A stretch of 64,000 nt of DNA from Spirochaetia bacterium (lineage in GTDB: Bacteria; Spirochaetota; Spirochaetia; SZUA-6; Bin103): positions 1,568,001 through 1,632,000 of the forward strand of contig CBDAOI010000004.1 in NCBI GenBank assembly GCA_965198005.1, read 5' to 3'. Shown here one piece after another: positions 9,385-19,840 of this stretch. Under the pieces are notes generated by a model. It was not told where the DNA came from. It saw only the letters and a list, made by a program, of their open reading frames with translations, and did no database searches. The position numbers were made by a program, and so were the translations under genes. Each line of letters opens with the position of its first letter. The first letter of the stretch is position 1.

Positions 9385-11166
9385 ATGAAGATACTAATCA
9401 CAAGGACCTTCGCGATTGCGTTGGTCCTCGTAATGACCGCAACCGGCCTCTGGGCCGCCGGCGCAGAAGAGGAGCCGGCAGCCGCTGCCGACAAGAAGTA
9501 TGTGACAGACCCCAGCACCGGCAAACCGGTGACCGCGCCGGAGTACGGCGGGTCTTTGACCTTTGCAACTATGCTCGAGCCACCGAGTGCTGATACCGGT
9601 GTGTACGGCAGTGCAGGACTGGCCATCGCTGGCGTTGCAGAGCGGCTACTCATCCCCAATTGGGCAGTAGATAGGGACGAATATGCGTTCTCGAGCCAGT
9701 ACATCCCGGCAGAGTTCGCGGCAGGGCAGCTGGCGGAAAGCTGGGAACAGCCCGACCCACTAACGTATGTCTTCCAAATCCGCCAGGGCGTTCACTGGCA
9801 TGATAAGCCACCGATGAACGGTCGGGAGCTGACTGCCGATGATATCGAATACAACTATCACCGTATCTTGGGACTCGGGAGCGGCTTCACCGAAGGTTTA
9901 CCCTATTCGCAACTGGCAGGTATAGGAATCGAATCGGTAACGGCCACCGACAAATGGACGGTTGTTTTTAAGCTGAAGGAACCAAGACTCGCTGCACTGC
10001 AAATGATCATGGTTGCCTATATGTCGTTTATGTTGCCCCCCGAGGTAATCGAACAACATGGCGACATTTCGGATTGGAGGAACTTCGTCGGCACTGGGCC
10101 CTATGAGCTGACTGACTGGGTCCAAGGCACGTCTATCACCCACACCAAGAATCCCGACTACTGGGGCTTCGACGAAAAGTACCCGCAAAACCGCTTACCT
10201 TACATTGACAAGTTAGAGGGCCTTTTCGTCATGGAGGAAGCGACACGTCTGGCGGGATTGCGCTCCGGTAGGATCGATTTCCTGGGTTTCCCTGCTGGGG
10301 TCTCTGATATCGTGTCGGTCGACGTGCTTGATAGCCTCCGGAAGACCAATCCTGAAATCGTGCTGATCCCGTGGTGGGACCGTTCGGAAACCTCTTATGG
10401 CCTTGACGTGACCAAGCCGCCGTTTGACGACATCAGGGTGCGCCACGCAATGCAGATGGCATTGGACCTTGAGACAATTAACAATACCTACTACAAGGGC
10501 ACTGCAATGTGGAAACCTCAGGGACTCGTAGGGGAAGCTCTCAAAGGGTATTACACGCCGTTTGACGAGTGGCCCGACGAGGTCAAGAAAGCCTATGCCT
10601 ATGACCCGGAGGGGGCGAGGCAGCTTCTGGCGGAAGCTGGCTATCCCAATGGCTTCGAGACGGTCTTGACCGCAAGCAGTGAGTTCGATGTGGGGTACGC
10701 TGAAATAGTGGCAGGATACTGGAAGGCAATTGGCGTCGATGTAGAGATCAGGGTGTTGGACCGGGCTCAGCTTATGCCTCTAGCTACAGAAGGAAACTGG
10801 GAAGGTATGGCTGGGACAGTTACCGGCTGGAATAATCCTTGGGGTGGTGTAGGGGTTCTACGCAATATGGCTCACTCGACATCACTTGTCAAATTCAAAG
10901 GACGTTCTGAGTTGGTGGATGCTATGATTGAAGCCGCCGAATCCGCTACCTCGATTGCAGAGGAGCAGAGGCTGGGTAGAGAGGCAGATATGTACATGAT
11001 AGAGCAGCATTTCTATATATGGGGTCCTAAAGTTGGAAAGTACATGGCGATCCAGCCGTGGGTCGAAGGTTATAACGGAGAAGTCCACTTTGGGGCCCAG
11101 CACCGACTTCTCATCTTCGCCCGCCTCTGGATTGATAGTGAGCTGAAGGAAGCAATGGGTCATTAG
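9385..11166 (+). CDS. Family-5 (peptide/nickel) ABC substrate-binding protein, operon 1
   Basis: Signal peptide, APEYGG, LAESWE, GTGPY, PPFDDIRVR, YDPEGA; GGAG before ATG 9385. Confidence 0.95.
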   Translation: MKILITRTFAIALVLVMTATGLWAAGAEEEPAAAADKKYVTDPSTGKPVTAPEYGGSLTFATMLEPPSADTGVYGSAGLAIAGVAERLLIPNWAVDRDEYAFSSQYIPAEFAAGQLAESWEQPDPLTYVFQIRQGVHWHDKPPMNGRELTADDIEYNYHRILGLGSGFTEGLPYSQLAGIGIESVTATDKWTVVFKLKEPRLAALQMIMVAYMSFMLPPEVIEQHGDISDWRNFVGTGPYELTDWVQGTSITHTKNPDYWGFDEKYPQNRLPYIDKLEGLFVMEEATRLAGLRSGRIDFLGFPAGVSDIVSVDVLDSLRKTNPEIVLIPWWDRSETSYGLDVTKPPFDDIRVRHAMQMALDLETINNTYYKGTAMWKPQGLVGEALKGYYTPFDEWPDEVKKAYAYDPEGARQLLAEAGYPNGFETVLTASSEFDVGYAEIVAGYWKAIGVDVEIRVLDRAQLMPLATEGNWEGMAGTVTGWNNPWGGVGVLRNMAHSTSLVKFKGRSELVDAMIEAAESATSIAEEQRLGREADMYMIEQHFYIWGPKVGKYMAIQPWVEGYNGEVHFGAQHRLLIFARLWIDSELKEAMGH

Positions 11167-11202
11167 TGGGTTTTCATCCCTTGCGACTTATCTCAGGGAA
11201 AA

Positions 11203-11306
11203 AGGGAGCTGGGAGTAAACCCCACAAGATCTCCGATATTACGGGGGCCCCAGTAAGCGGTTCCCGCAGCAAGCTGCGGGACGAGGGTCAAGCTTCCCAG
11301 CTCCCA
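11203..11306 (+). other. Post-SBP hairpin GGGAGCTGGGA...TCCCAGCTCCC with an enlarged loop
   Basis: Same arms as at 19791-19833, 27932-27976 and 59539-59582. Confidence 0.7.
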
Positions 11307-11517
11307 CACAAGATGTCTTTGCGAGGAGTCCGCCTTAGGGGGATTAAACTCCAGACGATAGGTTATTTGTATCTACCTCACCCCCTGTATGCCCCTCTCC
11401 AAGATTAGGAAGATGAGGGGATACCCCCCTCTTGTACACCTCCTGTCAAAGGAGAGGGGGAAGGATTAGGAGATCGCCACGCCCTTCAGTAGAAGGGCTC
11501 GCAATGAGGTGTGTCAC

Positions 11518-12477
11518 ATGAGAGCCTATATCATGAGGCGGTTATTGCTGATAATCCCCACCTTGTTTATATTGACTATCCTCGTCTTTCTCTCCGTCCG
11601 CTTCATCCCCGGCGATATCATCGACGTCATGATTGGAGATTTGGCGTACATGGGTGCCGGCGATATAGACCGTGAAGCTCTTGAGCGTAAGCTGGGATTA
11701 GACGTACCTGTCTACGTGCAGTATGGACGCTGGGTGGGAGATATCTTACTACACGGCACCCTTGGCGAATCACTGCTTGGCGGTTTCACAATAGAGGAGA
11801 GGATACTCGCCAGATTGCCGGTAACGATTGAGCTTGGCCTCATGGCAATCGTAATCGGGCTAGTGATAGCCCTGCCAGTTGGCATCTACTCGGCGATTCG
11901 CCAGTATACGGTCGCCGACTACGTGGGGCGCTCCATCGCCGTCGTCGGCCTGGCAACGCCTAACTTCTGGCTGGGTATTATGGTCATGATCTTCCCGGCA
12001 ATCTGGTGGGGCTGGTCGCCACCGATGAAGCTAATTCCTTTCACCGAAGACCCGCTGGGGAATCTGGGGATGTTCCTCATTCCCAGCCTGATTCTGGGGA
12101 CGTACCTTTCTGCAGCCACCATGCGGATGACCCGCACCATGATGCTGGAGGTGCTGAGGCAGGACTATATCAGGACGGCCTGGTCCAAGGGACTCAAGGA
12201 GAGGGTCGTTGTTATGAGACACGCCGTCAAGAATGCCCTCATCCCGGTAGTTACCCTGATAGGACTGCAGATGCCCATCCTGGTAGGCGGCTCGGTGATC
12301 ATGGAGAACATCTTCAACCTGCCGGGATTAGGTCGTCTTATGCTGGATGCACTCCAAGTCAGAGACTACCCGTTGGTCTCCGGAATAAACCTGTTTCTTG
12401 CCACGGCGGTTATTGGAATCAATCTCATGATCGACCTGATCTATCCTTATTTAGACCCCGCGGTCCGTTATAAATAA
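11518..12477 (+). CDS. dppB: DppB/OppB-type ABC permease
   Basis: MRAYIMRRLL, LPVTIEL, QDYIRTAWSKGL, RDYP. Confidence 0.95.
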   Translation: MRAYIMRRLLLIIPTLFILTILVFLSVRFIPGDIIDVMIGDLAYMGAGDIDREALERKLGLDVPVYVQYGRWVGDILLHGTLGESLLGGFTIEERILARLPVTIELGLMAIVIGLVIALPVGIYSAIRQYTVADYVGRSIAVVGLATPNFWLGIMVMIFPAIWWGWSPPMKLIPFTEDPLGNLGMFLIPSLILGTYLSAATMRMTRTMMLEVLRQDYIRTAWSKGLKERVVVMRHAVKNALIPVVTLIGLQMPILVGGSVIMENIFNLPGLGRLMLDALQVRDYPLVSGINLFLATAVIGINLMIDLIYPYLDPAVRYK

Positions 12478-12494
12478 AGGGGGTAATCACGAGT

Positions 12495-13427
12495 ATGAGT
12501 GATGCTATAGGGATACCATCAACAGTAAGTAAGCCAAAGAGACGTACCGGGCTGGCTGATTTATTCATCAGGCTGTGGAAGGAGCAGCCACTAGGTACTG
12601 CCTGCGGGATTGTTGTATTGATATTGATTCTGGTGGCTATCTTTGCCGATGTTCTGGCTCCTTATCCATTTTGGGAAGCGCACCTGGTAGACAGGATGCA
12701 GGGCTCATCAACCCGGTATCTGCTGGGTACCGACCATGCGGGGCGAGACCTCTTGAGCCGCCTTATCTACGGGGCTCGCATTTCGTTGCTTGTCGGCCTG
12801 GTAGCGACTAGTGTTAATGTTGTGGTGGCTATCCTGATAGGCGGCATCTCGGGATTCTTTGGCGGTAAACTGGACTTGGCTGTGCAGAGATTTGTCGATG
12901 CCTGGATGGCTTTCCCGGGACTGCTCCTGTTGTTAACCGTAATGTCCATAGTGGGGCGGGGTGTGCCACAGATAATATTGGTCCTGGGGATATCAGGAGG
13001 CATCGGCGGCTCAAGAGTAGTCAGAGGCGCGGTGATTGGGGTCAAAGAGAAAGTCTATTTTCAGGCGGCGGAGGCAATTGGCAGCTCAGAATGGAGAACA
13101 CTTATCCGACATGTCCTTCCCAATATTGCGGCGCCCATAATCATCATATTCAGCATCAACATCGGAGGGGTGATTATCAGTGCGGCTTCTCTGAGCTTCC
13201 TCGGATACGGTCTGCCAGTCCAGATTCCCGACTGGGGTGCTATGCTCAGCCGGGAAGGACGTCAGTACATGGAGTCGGCGCCATGGCTGGCTCTCTGGCC
13301 TGGTCTCTGCCTAACTGTAACCGTTTACAGTCTAAACATGTTCGGCGACGCGGTGAGGGACCTGCTGGACCCGAGGCTCAGAGGTGGCGGGGGGCGCCTG
13401 GGTGGTGATGCCGCCCGGTCGGTTTAA
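12495..13427 (+). CDS. dppC: DppC/OppC-type ABC permease
   Basis: LLGTDHAGRD, RHVLPN, SLSFLG, GDAVRDLLDPR. Confidence 0.95.
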   Translation: MSDAIGIPSTVSKPKRRTGLADLFIRLWKEQPLGTACGIVVLILILVAIFADVLAPYPFWEAHLVDRMQGSSTRYLLGTDHAGRDLLSRLIYGARISLLVGLVATSVNVVVAILIGGISGFFGGKLDLAVQRFVDAWMAFPGLLLLLTVMSIVGRGVPQIILVLGISGGIGGSRVVRGAVIGVKEKVYFQAAEAIGSSEWRTLIRHVLPNIAAPIIIIFSINIGGVIISAASLSFLGYGLPVQIPDWGAMLSREGRQYMESAPWLALWPGLCLTVTVYSLNMFGDAVRDLLDPRLRGGGGRLGGDAARSV

Positions 13428-13569
13428 GAGAGCTGTCCAGGAACAAGAAGCCAGCGTGACGTACCGCATGCGCGCCCTCTAGTCGGGCTGCTCCGCAGGT
13501 GGGGTCGGCCCCAGATGTCTTCGCGCTCGATCACCCCGCCGCCGGCATCCTTCGGCTTCGCCACCGCCC

Positions 13570-13840
13570 CGCCGACCGGTGCGTGCGCGGCCGAACGGCA
13601 GCCCGCGGGTCACGCCGGATGAACGGTGACCTCCACCCGATGGCGCCCTCCCTGGCGCCCCAGGTGTGCATGCGCCGTTGGCTGTTCCGGAGGCGCGCCC
13701 GGAACGCGCCCGACCAGGTCGACCAGCGCGGGGCTGTGTATGGGCGTGACCTGGCCGGTCAGCTCAAGGCGTCGCCTGGCATCGTAGTGTCTGCGCATCA
13801 TCGGGCACCGCAGACCGAGTCGGCGGAGTGTACCGAGTCG
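13570..13840 (+). repeat. Boundary repeat R2, downstream of operon 1
   Basis: gtcacgccggatg..gtgacctccaccc...ccggaggcgcgcccggaac...ggcaccgcagaccgagtcggcg shared with copies at 16.3, 22.8, 30.8, 36.2, 42.0 and 42.5 kb. Confidence 0.9.
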
Positions 13841-13891
13841 GTGCTCCCGTAGAGCCGGCTCCGTGCGGCGCGCCAGGTACTCGCCCGGGGG

Positions 13892-14233
13892 CTACAGGGT
13901 GGGACGCTCGACAATGAGGAAACTCTCAAGAGCTGTCTCAAGCTCCAATATTCGATGCTCGTTCTCGGTGAGCAATGCAGCAAGCTCTGTCACAGTGCAG
14001 TTCCCAACGCGCAGCCACACCACTTTGGGTGGTGCCCCGTGGACGAAGCTCAGTTGTCGGAAATCGCTGTCCTTGGAGACGATCGTGAAATCGTTCTGTC
14101 CCGCGTAATCATAGATCTGTGCGTCGGGGGCGTCGTCCAATCCAAGACTGATCACGTGATCGGAACCCGGAAACTTATCGCCCAACGTCTGAAGGAGGCT
14201 TCGTGGGAGATTCTGGTCGAGAAGAAGTTTCAC
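13892..14233 (-). CDS. DUF5615 PIN-like toxin
   Basis: MKLLLDQNL...IVSKDSDF...PPKVVWLRVGN. Confidence 0.9.
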   Translation of the reverse strand: MKLLLDQNLPRSLLQTLGDKFPGSDHVISLGLDDAPDAQIYDYAGQNDFTIVSKDSDFRQLSFVHGAPPKVVWLRVGNCTVTELAALLTENEHRILELETALESFLIVERPTL

Positions 14234-14457
14234 CCGTGACTGGAGGCCAGCCTTCGTTCCCGTGCTGCGGCGAACTGAAAAACTGCCTGCACATCATCGC
14301 GGGTAAGTTCGGGGAACTCACTCAGAAGCTCGTCCGTTGACATTCCTCCCGCCAGGTATTCGAGAACGTCGTAGACCGTGATGCGGGTCCCTCGAATGCA
14401 CGGTTTGCCCGAACGCCGGGCCGGATCAATGACTATGTGATCCAGGAGATCTTTCAT
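14230..14457 (-). CDS. DUF433 antitoxin
   Basis: GKPCIRGTRITVYDVLEYLAGGMS...FPELT. Confidence 0.9.
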   Translation of the reverse strand: MKDLLDHIVIDPARRSGKPCIRGTRITVYDVLEYLAGGMSTDELLSEFPELTRDDVQAVFQFAAARERRLASSHG

Positions 14458-14589
14458 GGCATCTCAGGATAGCTGAGATGCCGAGTGGTGAACACGGCTT
14501 CATGGGGCCCCGGTTGTCGGCGCCTTCACCTGGGCACCGACACGACCGCGCATAGTCTCGCCGTGCGAGCGAGCATCACCCTTTCGTAC

Positions 14590-14750
14590 CTCGCTCCACA
14601 CGCGCAAGGGGCCTTCGCGCACGGTCCGAATCGGCCAATGGGCCCTTTTGCTGGATCACAGGTATCGCCATTGTGCTGATGCCGCGGGCGCACCGTTAGT
14701 GACGGTTGGCCGGGTGGTGCCCGACCGGATCGTGGCGGCGTGAGCCGGCA
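14590..14750 (+). repeat. Dispersed repeat R3
   Basis: caaggggccttcg...gaatcggccaatgggcccttttg...gtgacggttggccgg also at ~32880 and ~42305, partial at ~5460. Confidence 0.85.
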
Positions 14751-14775
14751 GCGGCAATGGGCTGGTGGGCTCGCG

Positions 14776-14989
14776 TCACAGATCCTCTGGGGTTATTCCG
14801 GTCCGTCGGGCGATGCGTGCAAGCATCTTCGGACCGATCTCCTCACTGTCGTGAAAGGCAAATGAGTAATTGGGCCAACCGGGCTTGGTGAGCGTGCGGT
14901 GGGAGCCGGACTGTCTTTTTGACGGTCCAACCGATCTTCAGCAGGGCGGAGAGAACTCGCCGTGCACGAGTGCTCGGCCACTGCTTCAC
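14776..14989 (-). pseudogene. hicA: HicA toxin, frameshifted
   Basis: VKQWPSTRARRVLSALLKIGWTVK, then an extra A in an A-run; removing it restores RQSGSHRTL...EEIGPKMLARIA. Confidence 0.8.
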
Positions 14990-15100
14990 GCCGCGTCGAA
15001 GGAGATGTTGAGAAACTCCGGACCGGCCTCGCCGTGCTCGAGCTGATCGGCCACGACTCGCAGAGCCAGCGCCTGGACCTTGGCTTTGGCGTGGTCCGGG
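14986..15100 (-). pseudogene. hicB: HicB-like antitoxin, C-terminal fragment
   Basis: AKAKVQALALRVVADQLEHGEAGPEFLNISFDAA*, overlapping the hicA start. Confidence 0.7.
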
Positions 15101-15207
15101 GAGCGACGACGTGAAGTCCGACGAGACGTATCCGCACATCGACTGGAGAAGGGACTCATGGACGCAACGTATCACCAGTGATACGTTACACGATGATGAA
15201 AGATGTG

Positions 15208-15444
15208 ATGAAGGCTGTGACGATTCGTGACCTCAGAAACCATGGTCGCGAAGTGATAGACCGTGTGTTGAGGGGCGAACGGCTCACCATAACCCGATCG
15301 GGGCGGCCGGTGGCCGAGTTGCATCCGATCGCGCCGCACGGACTCGAGGCGGCCACACTTCTGGAGAGGTGGAAGCATTTGCCACGAGTGGACCCAGTGC
15401 AGTTCCGCCGCGATCTGGACCGCGCGCTCGACTCGGCCCTGTGA
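15208..15444 (+). CDS. Phd/YefM family antitoxin
   Basis: VTIRDLRNHGREVIDRVLRGERLTITRSGRPVAEL. Confidence 0.9.
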   Translation: MKAVTIRDLRNHGREVIDRVLRGERLTITRSGRPVAELHPIAPHGLEAATLLERWKHLPRVDPVQFRRDLDRALDSAL

Positions 15445-15585
15445 GCGAGGTCGAAACCCCGGCACGCGGCGTGCTCGACACCAACGCGGTGATTCTGTTG
15501 CCGCGCCTGCGAGACGAGGAGCAGCTGCCCCGGGTGTCCTTCATCACGGCCATCTCGCTGGCCGAGCTTTCGGTCGGACCGCATC
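15441..15585 (+). pseudogene. vapC: VapC PIN toxin, 3'-truncated
   Basis: GVLDTNAVI...ITAISLAELSVGP, then unrelated sequence. Confidence 0.75.
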
Positions 15586-16149
15586 AGACGCTCCTTCTCA
15601 TGGACGTGCTGTGTGACATTGCGCCGGTGCGCCTTGATGACCTCGAATGTTGGCATCATGCGCTCGGCCGAGCCAGGGATCAGCTCGTACTCCCGCATGA
15701 TGGACCCGCGGGAGCGTGGGCACCGTTACCTGAACGTCCAACACCTGAGGCTGTGTTGAAGGTGGCTGGGTGAGACAAGTGCGTCCTCGGGTGTCAGAAC
15801 CATTCTATCGAAGTGGTGGAAGACATCCCCTAACTGAGAGAATGCAACAAGATGGTCAGCGCGACCATGCCATCGCTGTATAGCGACGCGAGTAGACCGG
15901 TCGCGAGTCACGGTGGCTATCGTCAAAGTTCCTGGTCGCGCCGCTTCGCCCACGGTCTGCAACCGAGCAGCGTGGCGCAGGGACTGCCCGGCTGGGGTAG
16001 CCGCCGGACAAACCAGCTTGGCCAGCTGCATACCCGAACGGGACGTCATCGGCCGGATATGCGCCTCCCTTCAGACGACGGATCGCTACGTCGGACCGGA
16101 CCGACAAGTTTCGCCCAGAGAGCGCCCGATTAGCAGCATCGACGTAGCT

Positions 16150-16625
16150 GACCGGCTCGGTCAGCGGGTTCCATGACTCGGCGCTGGTGAGCGTGATGGT
16201 GCACGTGGCTCCGGACGCGCCCAATTCGCCCGCGCCCTCCATGGCGCGGGAACGCCTGTGGTGGGCCCCATGGACGGGGCCCACGAACGGATGACGCGTC
16301 AGTCGTGTGATGAGTTACCCGTGCACTTCGCCGACTCGGTCTGCGGTGCCCGATGATGCACAGACGCTGCGATGCCATGCGCCGCTGCGAACTGACCGGC
16401 CAGGTCATGCCCATACAGAGCCCTGCGCTGGTGACCTGGTCGGGCGCGTTCCGGGCGCGCCTCCGGAAAACAGCAACAACCTCTCCCAGCCGACGACGTC
16501 CCTGTCGCGGGCCGGGAGCTACAGTCCAGCCGTGGCGCCAGGGATGGCGCCACGGCTGGAGGTCACCGTGCATCCGGCGTGACCCGCGGGTTGCCGGTCG
16601 GCCGCGCACGCACGGGTCGGCGTGG
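16150..16625 (-). repeat. Boundary repeat R2 with extension, downstream of operon 2
   Basis: Reverse complement matches ~30772-31265 and 13570-13840. Confidence 0.9.
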
Positions 16626-16796
16626 CGGTGACGGAACTAAAGGATGGCGGCGGCGGCGCGGCCACACCGAGGGCCTCTGGGCTCGACCCGTTCGCACGGC
16701 TGGGTGGGGTGGACGGCCGCCCGCGCGCGCGCGTGGTCACCTGGGAAGCATCCCGATTGGGAACCGTATGGCCGTACGTCGCGCGTGGTGCTGGCG

Positions 16797-17717
16797 TCAT
16801 CTTCCTTCACTGAGACCACCACCACCGCCCCTCAGCCTCGGGTCTAGCAAGTCCCTCACGGCGTCACCGAACATGTTCAGGCTGTAAACAACGATGGTCA
16901 GCGCGACGCCTGGCCATAAAGCCAACCATGGCGCGTGCTCCATGTACCTACGCCCTTCCCGGCTGAGCATACCTCCCCAGCTAGGAATGTTCGGTGGCAG
17001 ACCGAATCCGAGGAAGCTCAGAGAGGCCTCAGATATAATCACCCCCCCGATGTTGATGCTGAAGATGATGATGAGGGGCGCCACAATATTGGGCAGGACA
17101 TGCCGCAACAGGATTTGGGTCGTGGGGGTGCCCACGGCCTTGGCTGCCAGAAAATAGTCATTCTCCTTAATTTCGATAACGGCGCCTCGGAGTACTCTCG
17201 AGCCGCCGATGCCCCCTGCTATCCCCAAGACCAAGATGATCTGGGGCAGACCCCGCCCCGCTATGGACATGATGGTCAATAACAGAAGCAGGCCCGGAAA
17301 AGCCATCCAAGCATCGACAAATCTTTGCACACCCAGGTCCAGTTTACCACCAAAGAATCCTGAAATGCCGCCTATCAGGACAGCCACCCCAACATTGAGA
17401 GTGGTCGCGGCCAGACCGACGGTTAACGAAAGACGAGCCCCGTAGACAAGGCGGCTCAGGAGGTCTCGCCCCAACTGGTCGGTACCCAGCAGATACCGGG
17501 CTGATGCGCCCTGCAGCCTGTCCACCGGGTGTATTTCCATATAGCGATAAGGAGCCAGAACATCAGCAAAGATAGCGACGAAAATCAATATCAATATGAT
17601 AATCCCGCCGGCAGTACCCAGTGGCTTCTCCCTCCACAGCCTGCTCAAGAAATCAGCCAGCCGGGAACGTCTCTTTGGCGCAATTTCTGCTGACGGTCTG
17701 CCTATGGCGTCGCTCAT
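16797..17717 (-). CDS. dppC: DppC-type ABC permease, operon 2
   Basis: LLGTDQLGRD, RHVLPN, EASLSFLG, DLLDPR. Confidence 0.95.
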   Translation of the reverse strand: MSDAIGRPSAEIAPKRRSRLADFLSRLWREKPLGTAGGIIILILIFVAIFADVLAPYRYMEIHPVDRLQGASARYLLGTDQLGRDLLSRLVYGARLSLTVGLAATTLNVGVAVLIGGISGFFGGKLDLGVQRFVDAWMAFPGLLLLLTIMSIAGRGLPQIILVLGIAGGIGGSRVLRGAVIEIKENDYFLAAKAVGTPTTQILLRHVLPNIVAPLIIIFSINIGGVIISEASLSFLGFGLPPNIPSWGGMLSREGRRYMEHAPWLALWPGVALTIVVYSLNMFGDAVRDLLDPRLRGGGGGLSEGR

Positions 17718-17726
17718 ATGCCCCCT

Positions 17727-18683
17727 TTAGCTGTAGCGGACCCTGGGGTCCAAGTACGGATAAATCAGGTCGATCATCAGATTGGCCCCCAAAACCGCGG
17801 TGGCAAAAACCAGGTTTACTCCGGAGACCACCGGGTAGTCTCTTTGACTGAGTGCCTTCACCATGAGACGACCTAACCCCGGCAGGTTGAATATGTTCTC
17901 CATGATAACGGAGCCGCCTACCAGGATAGGCAACTGCAGGCCGATCAGGGTAACTATCGGGATGAGGGCATTCTTGATGGCGTGTCTCAGAACGACGACC
18001 CTCTCATTGAGACCCTTGGACCAGGCCGTCCTTATATAGTCTTGCCTGAGCACCTCCAGCATCATGGTGCGCGTCATCCGCATGGTGGCTGCCGACAGGG
18101 CCGTCCCCAGAATCACAGCAGGAATGATGAACATCCCGAGATTCCCCAGCGGGTCTTCGGTGAAGGGAATCAGCTCTACCGATGGCGACCAGCCCCACCA
18201 GATTGCCGGGTAGAGAATGACCATGGTTGCCAGCCAGAAGTTGGGCGTTGCCAGGCCGATGATGGCGATGGTGCGCCCCACGTAGTCGGCGGCCGTATCC
18301 TGGCGAATCGCCGAGTAGATGCCGACCGGTAGGGCTATCAACAGCCCTATTACGATTGACAGAACACCCAGCTCGATGGTTACTGGCAATCTACCGAGAA
18401 TCTTCTCTTCTACCGCCGCAACGCCCCACAGTGATCGGCCGAGGGTGCCGTGCAGGAAAATATCTCCCATCCAGCGTCCATACTGTACGTGGACAGGCGC
18501 GTCTAAACCCAGCATACGCCGAAGAGCTTCCTCGTCCACTACTTTCCCTTGCCCAAAGCTCGTATCCGCAAAAAAGTCTACTATATCGCCGGGGATGAAG
18601 CGGACGGAGAGAAAGACCAGGATGGTCAGTATGAGCATGGTGGGGATTGTCAGCAACAACCGCCTGATGGTATAGGCTCTCAT
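17727..18683 (-). CDS. dppB: DppB-type ABC permease, operon 2
   Basis: MRAYTIRRLL, QDYIRTAWSKGL, RDYP. Confidence 0.95.
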   Translation of the reverse strand: MRAYTIRRLLLTIPTMLILTILVFLSVRFIPGDIVDFFADTSFGQGKVVDEEALRRMLGLDAPVHVQYGRWMGDIFLHGTLGRSLWGVAAVEEKILGRLPVTIELGVLSIVIGLLIALPVGIYSAIRQDTAADYVGRTIAIIGLATPNFWLATMVILYPAIWWGWSPSVELIPFTEDPLGNLGMFIIPAVILGTALSAATMRMTRTMMLEVLRQDYIRTAWSKGLNERVVVLRHAIKNALIPIVTLIGLQLPILVGGSVIMENIFNLPGLGRLMVKALSQRDYPVVSGVNLVFATAVLGANLMIDLIYPYLDPRVRYS

Positions 18684-18728
18684 GTCACAGCTTATTGAGC
18701 GTCCGCAGCAAAACCCGGCGCACGGGCA

Positions 18729-19721
18729 TCAAAAAACAACGTCTACTCCCCTTTCTCGGAGCTTGGAGATATGGACTTCCTTCGATGTCTCGCTCAAGGG
18801 GTTACCGGACAAACTGACTGTGTCCCCCTCAGAGAGCCCGCGGTTCTCGACCAGTGGTGAGATGTCGACTATCTGGTTGAACATGAGGTCGAGCTGGGCG
18901 AGATTAGTCAGGGAAGCTAGCGGTGAGAGGTCACTTATCTGATTCTGCTCAAGGCTGAGCGAGGTGATGCTGGTGAGGGAAGCTACCGGTGAGATGTCGC
19001 TTATCTGGTTCTGCTCAAGACTAAGCGCGGTTAAGTTGGTCAGCGGAGCCAGTAAGGAAGCCAGTAGTGAGAGGTCGCTTAGCTCGTTCCCCGTAAGGTC
19101 GAGCTCGGTGAGATTAGTCAGGGAAGCTAGCGGTGCAATGTCGCTTATCTGGTTCAACGCAAGGTCGAGCTCAGTGAGGTTAGTCAGAGAAGCCAGTGGT
19201 GAGATGTCGCTTATCCGGTTCTTCCTAAGGCCGAGATTGGTGAGATTAGTCAGGGAAGCTAGCGGCGAGATGTCGCTTATCCGGTTGTCGTAAAGGCTGA
19301 GCGAGGTGAAGTTGGCGAGCGAAGCCAGTGGTGAGAGGTCGCTTATCCGTCCATAGTGGAAAACCAGCTCGGTAAGGTTACTCAAATACTCCAATCCGGC
19401 GAGGTCGGTGATCTTGACTCTCGCATATCCCCTGCCTGATTCACGAAGCGAGGTGATGGTTTCCAGCTCCGAAACATGGATGGGACCTTGATGCTTCTGG
19501 ATAGCTGCCCTTATGACTCTCTCAAGAGCTTCGTCGGGGATGGTGACCCCTTCGCCCACTTCTTCTGTAGCACTAACAGGTTCTTCTGTAACACTAACAG
19601 GTTCTTCTGCAGTACTTGCAGGTTCTTCTGCAGTATTTACAGGTTCTTCCGCAGGGCCACAGCCGGAAAGAGTGAATATCATTACGAAGACAACGAACAA
19701 AGGCAAGCATTTCCTATCCAT
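18729..19721 (-). CDS. Internalin-like leucine-rich-repeat lipoprotein
   Basis: Lipobox LSGC, 7-aa EEPVSxT repeats, IPDEALERVIR cap, multiple 22-aa ISDISPLASLTNLTELDL repeats. Confidence 0.9.
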   Translation of the reverse strand: MDRKCLPLFVVFVMIFTLSGCGPAEEPVNTAEEPASTAEEPVSVTEEPVSATEEVGEGVTIPDEALERVIRAAIQKHQGPIHVSELETITSLRESGRGYARVKITDLAGLEYLSNLTELVFHYGRISDLSPLASLANFTSLSLYDNRISDISPLASLTNLTNLGLRKNRISDISPLASLTNLTELDLALNQISDIAPLASLTNLTELDLTGNELSDLSLLASLLAPLTNLTALSLEQNQISDISPVASLTSITSLSLEQNQISDLSPLASLTNLAQLDLMFNQIVDISPLVENRGLSEGDTVSLSGNPLSETSKEVHISKLRERGVDVVF

Positions 19722-19790
19722 CTGCGTCCACCTCCTGTTGCTTACCGCCCAAATTATACGCTGGCGCTCTATCCCGTTGCCCTGAGCAGA

Positions 19791-19833
19791 GGAACTGGGA
19801 AGCGCGCTTGCAAGCGACAGCCTCCCAGCTCCC
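19791..19833. other. Post-SBP hairpin
   Basis: ggaactggga...tcccagctccc; the T-run lies on the antisense side. Confidence 0.7.
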
Positions 19834-19840
19834 TTTTTCC

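Noticed and set aside
13850-16150. Classical integron cassette array
   Set aside because: No convincing RYYYAAC/GTTRRRY attC pairs by eye, genes lie on both strands, and there is no intact IntI.
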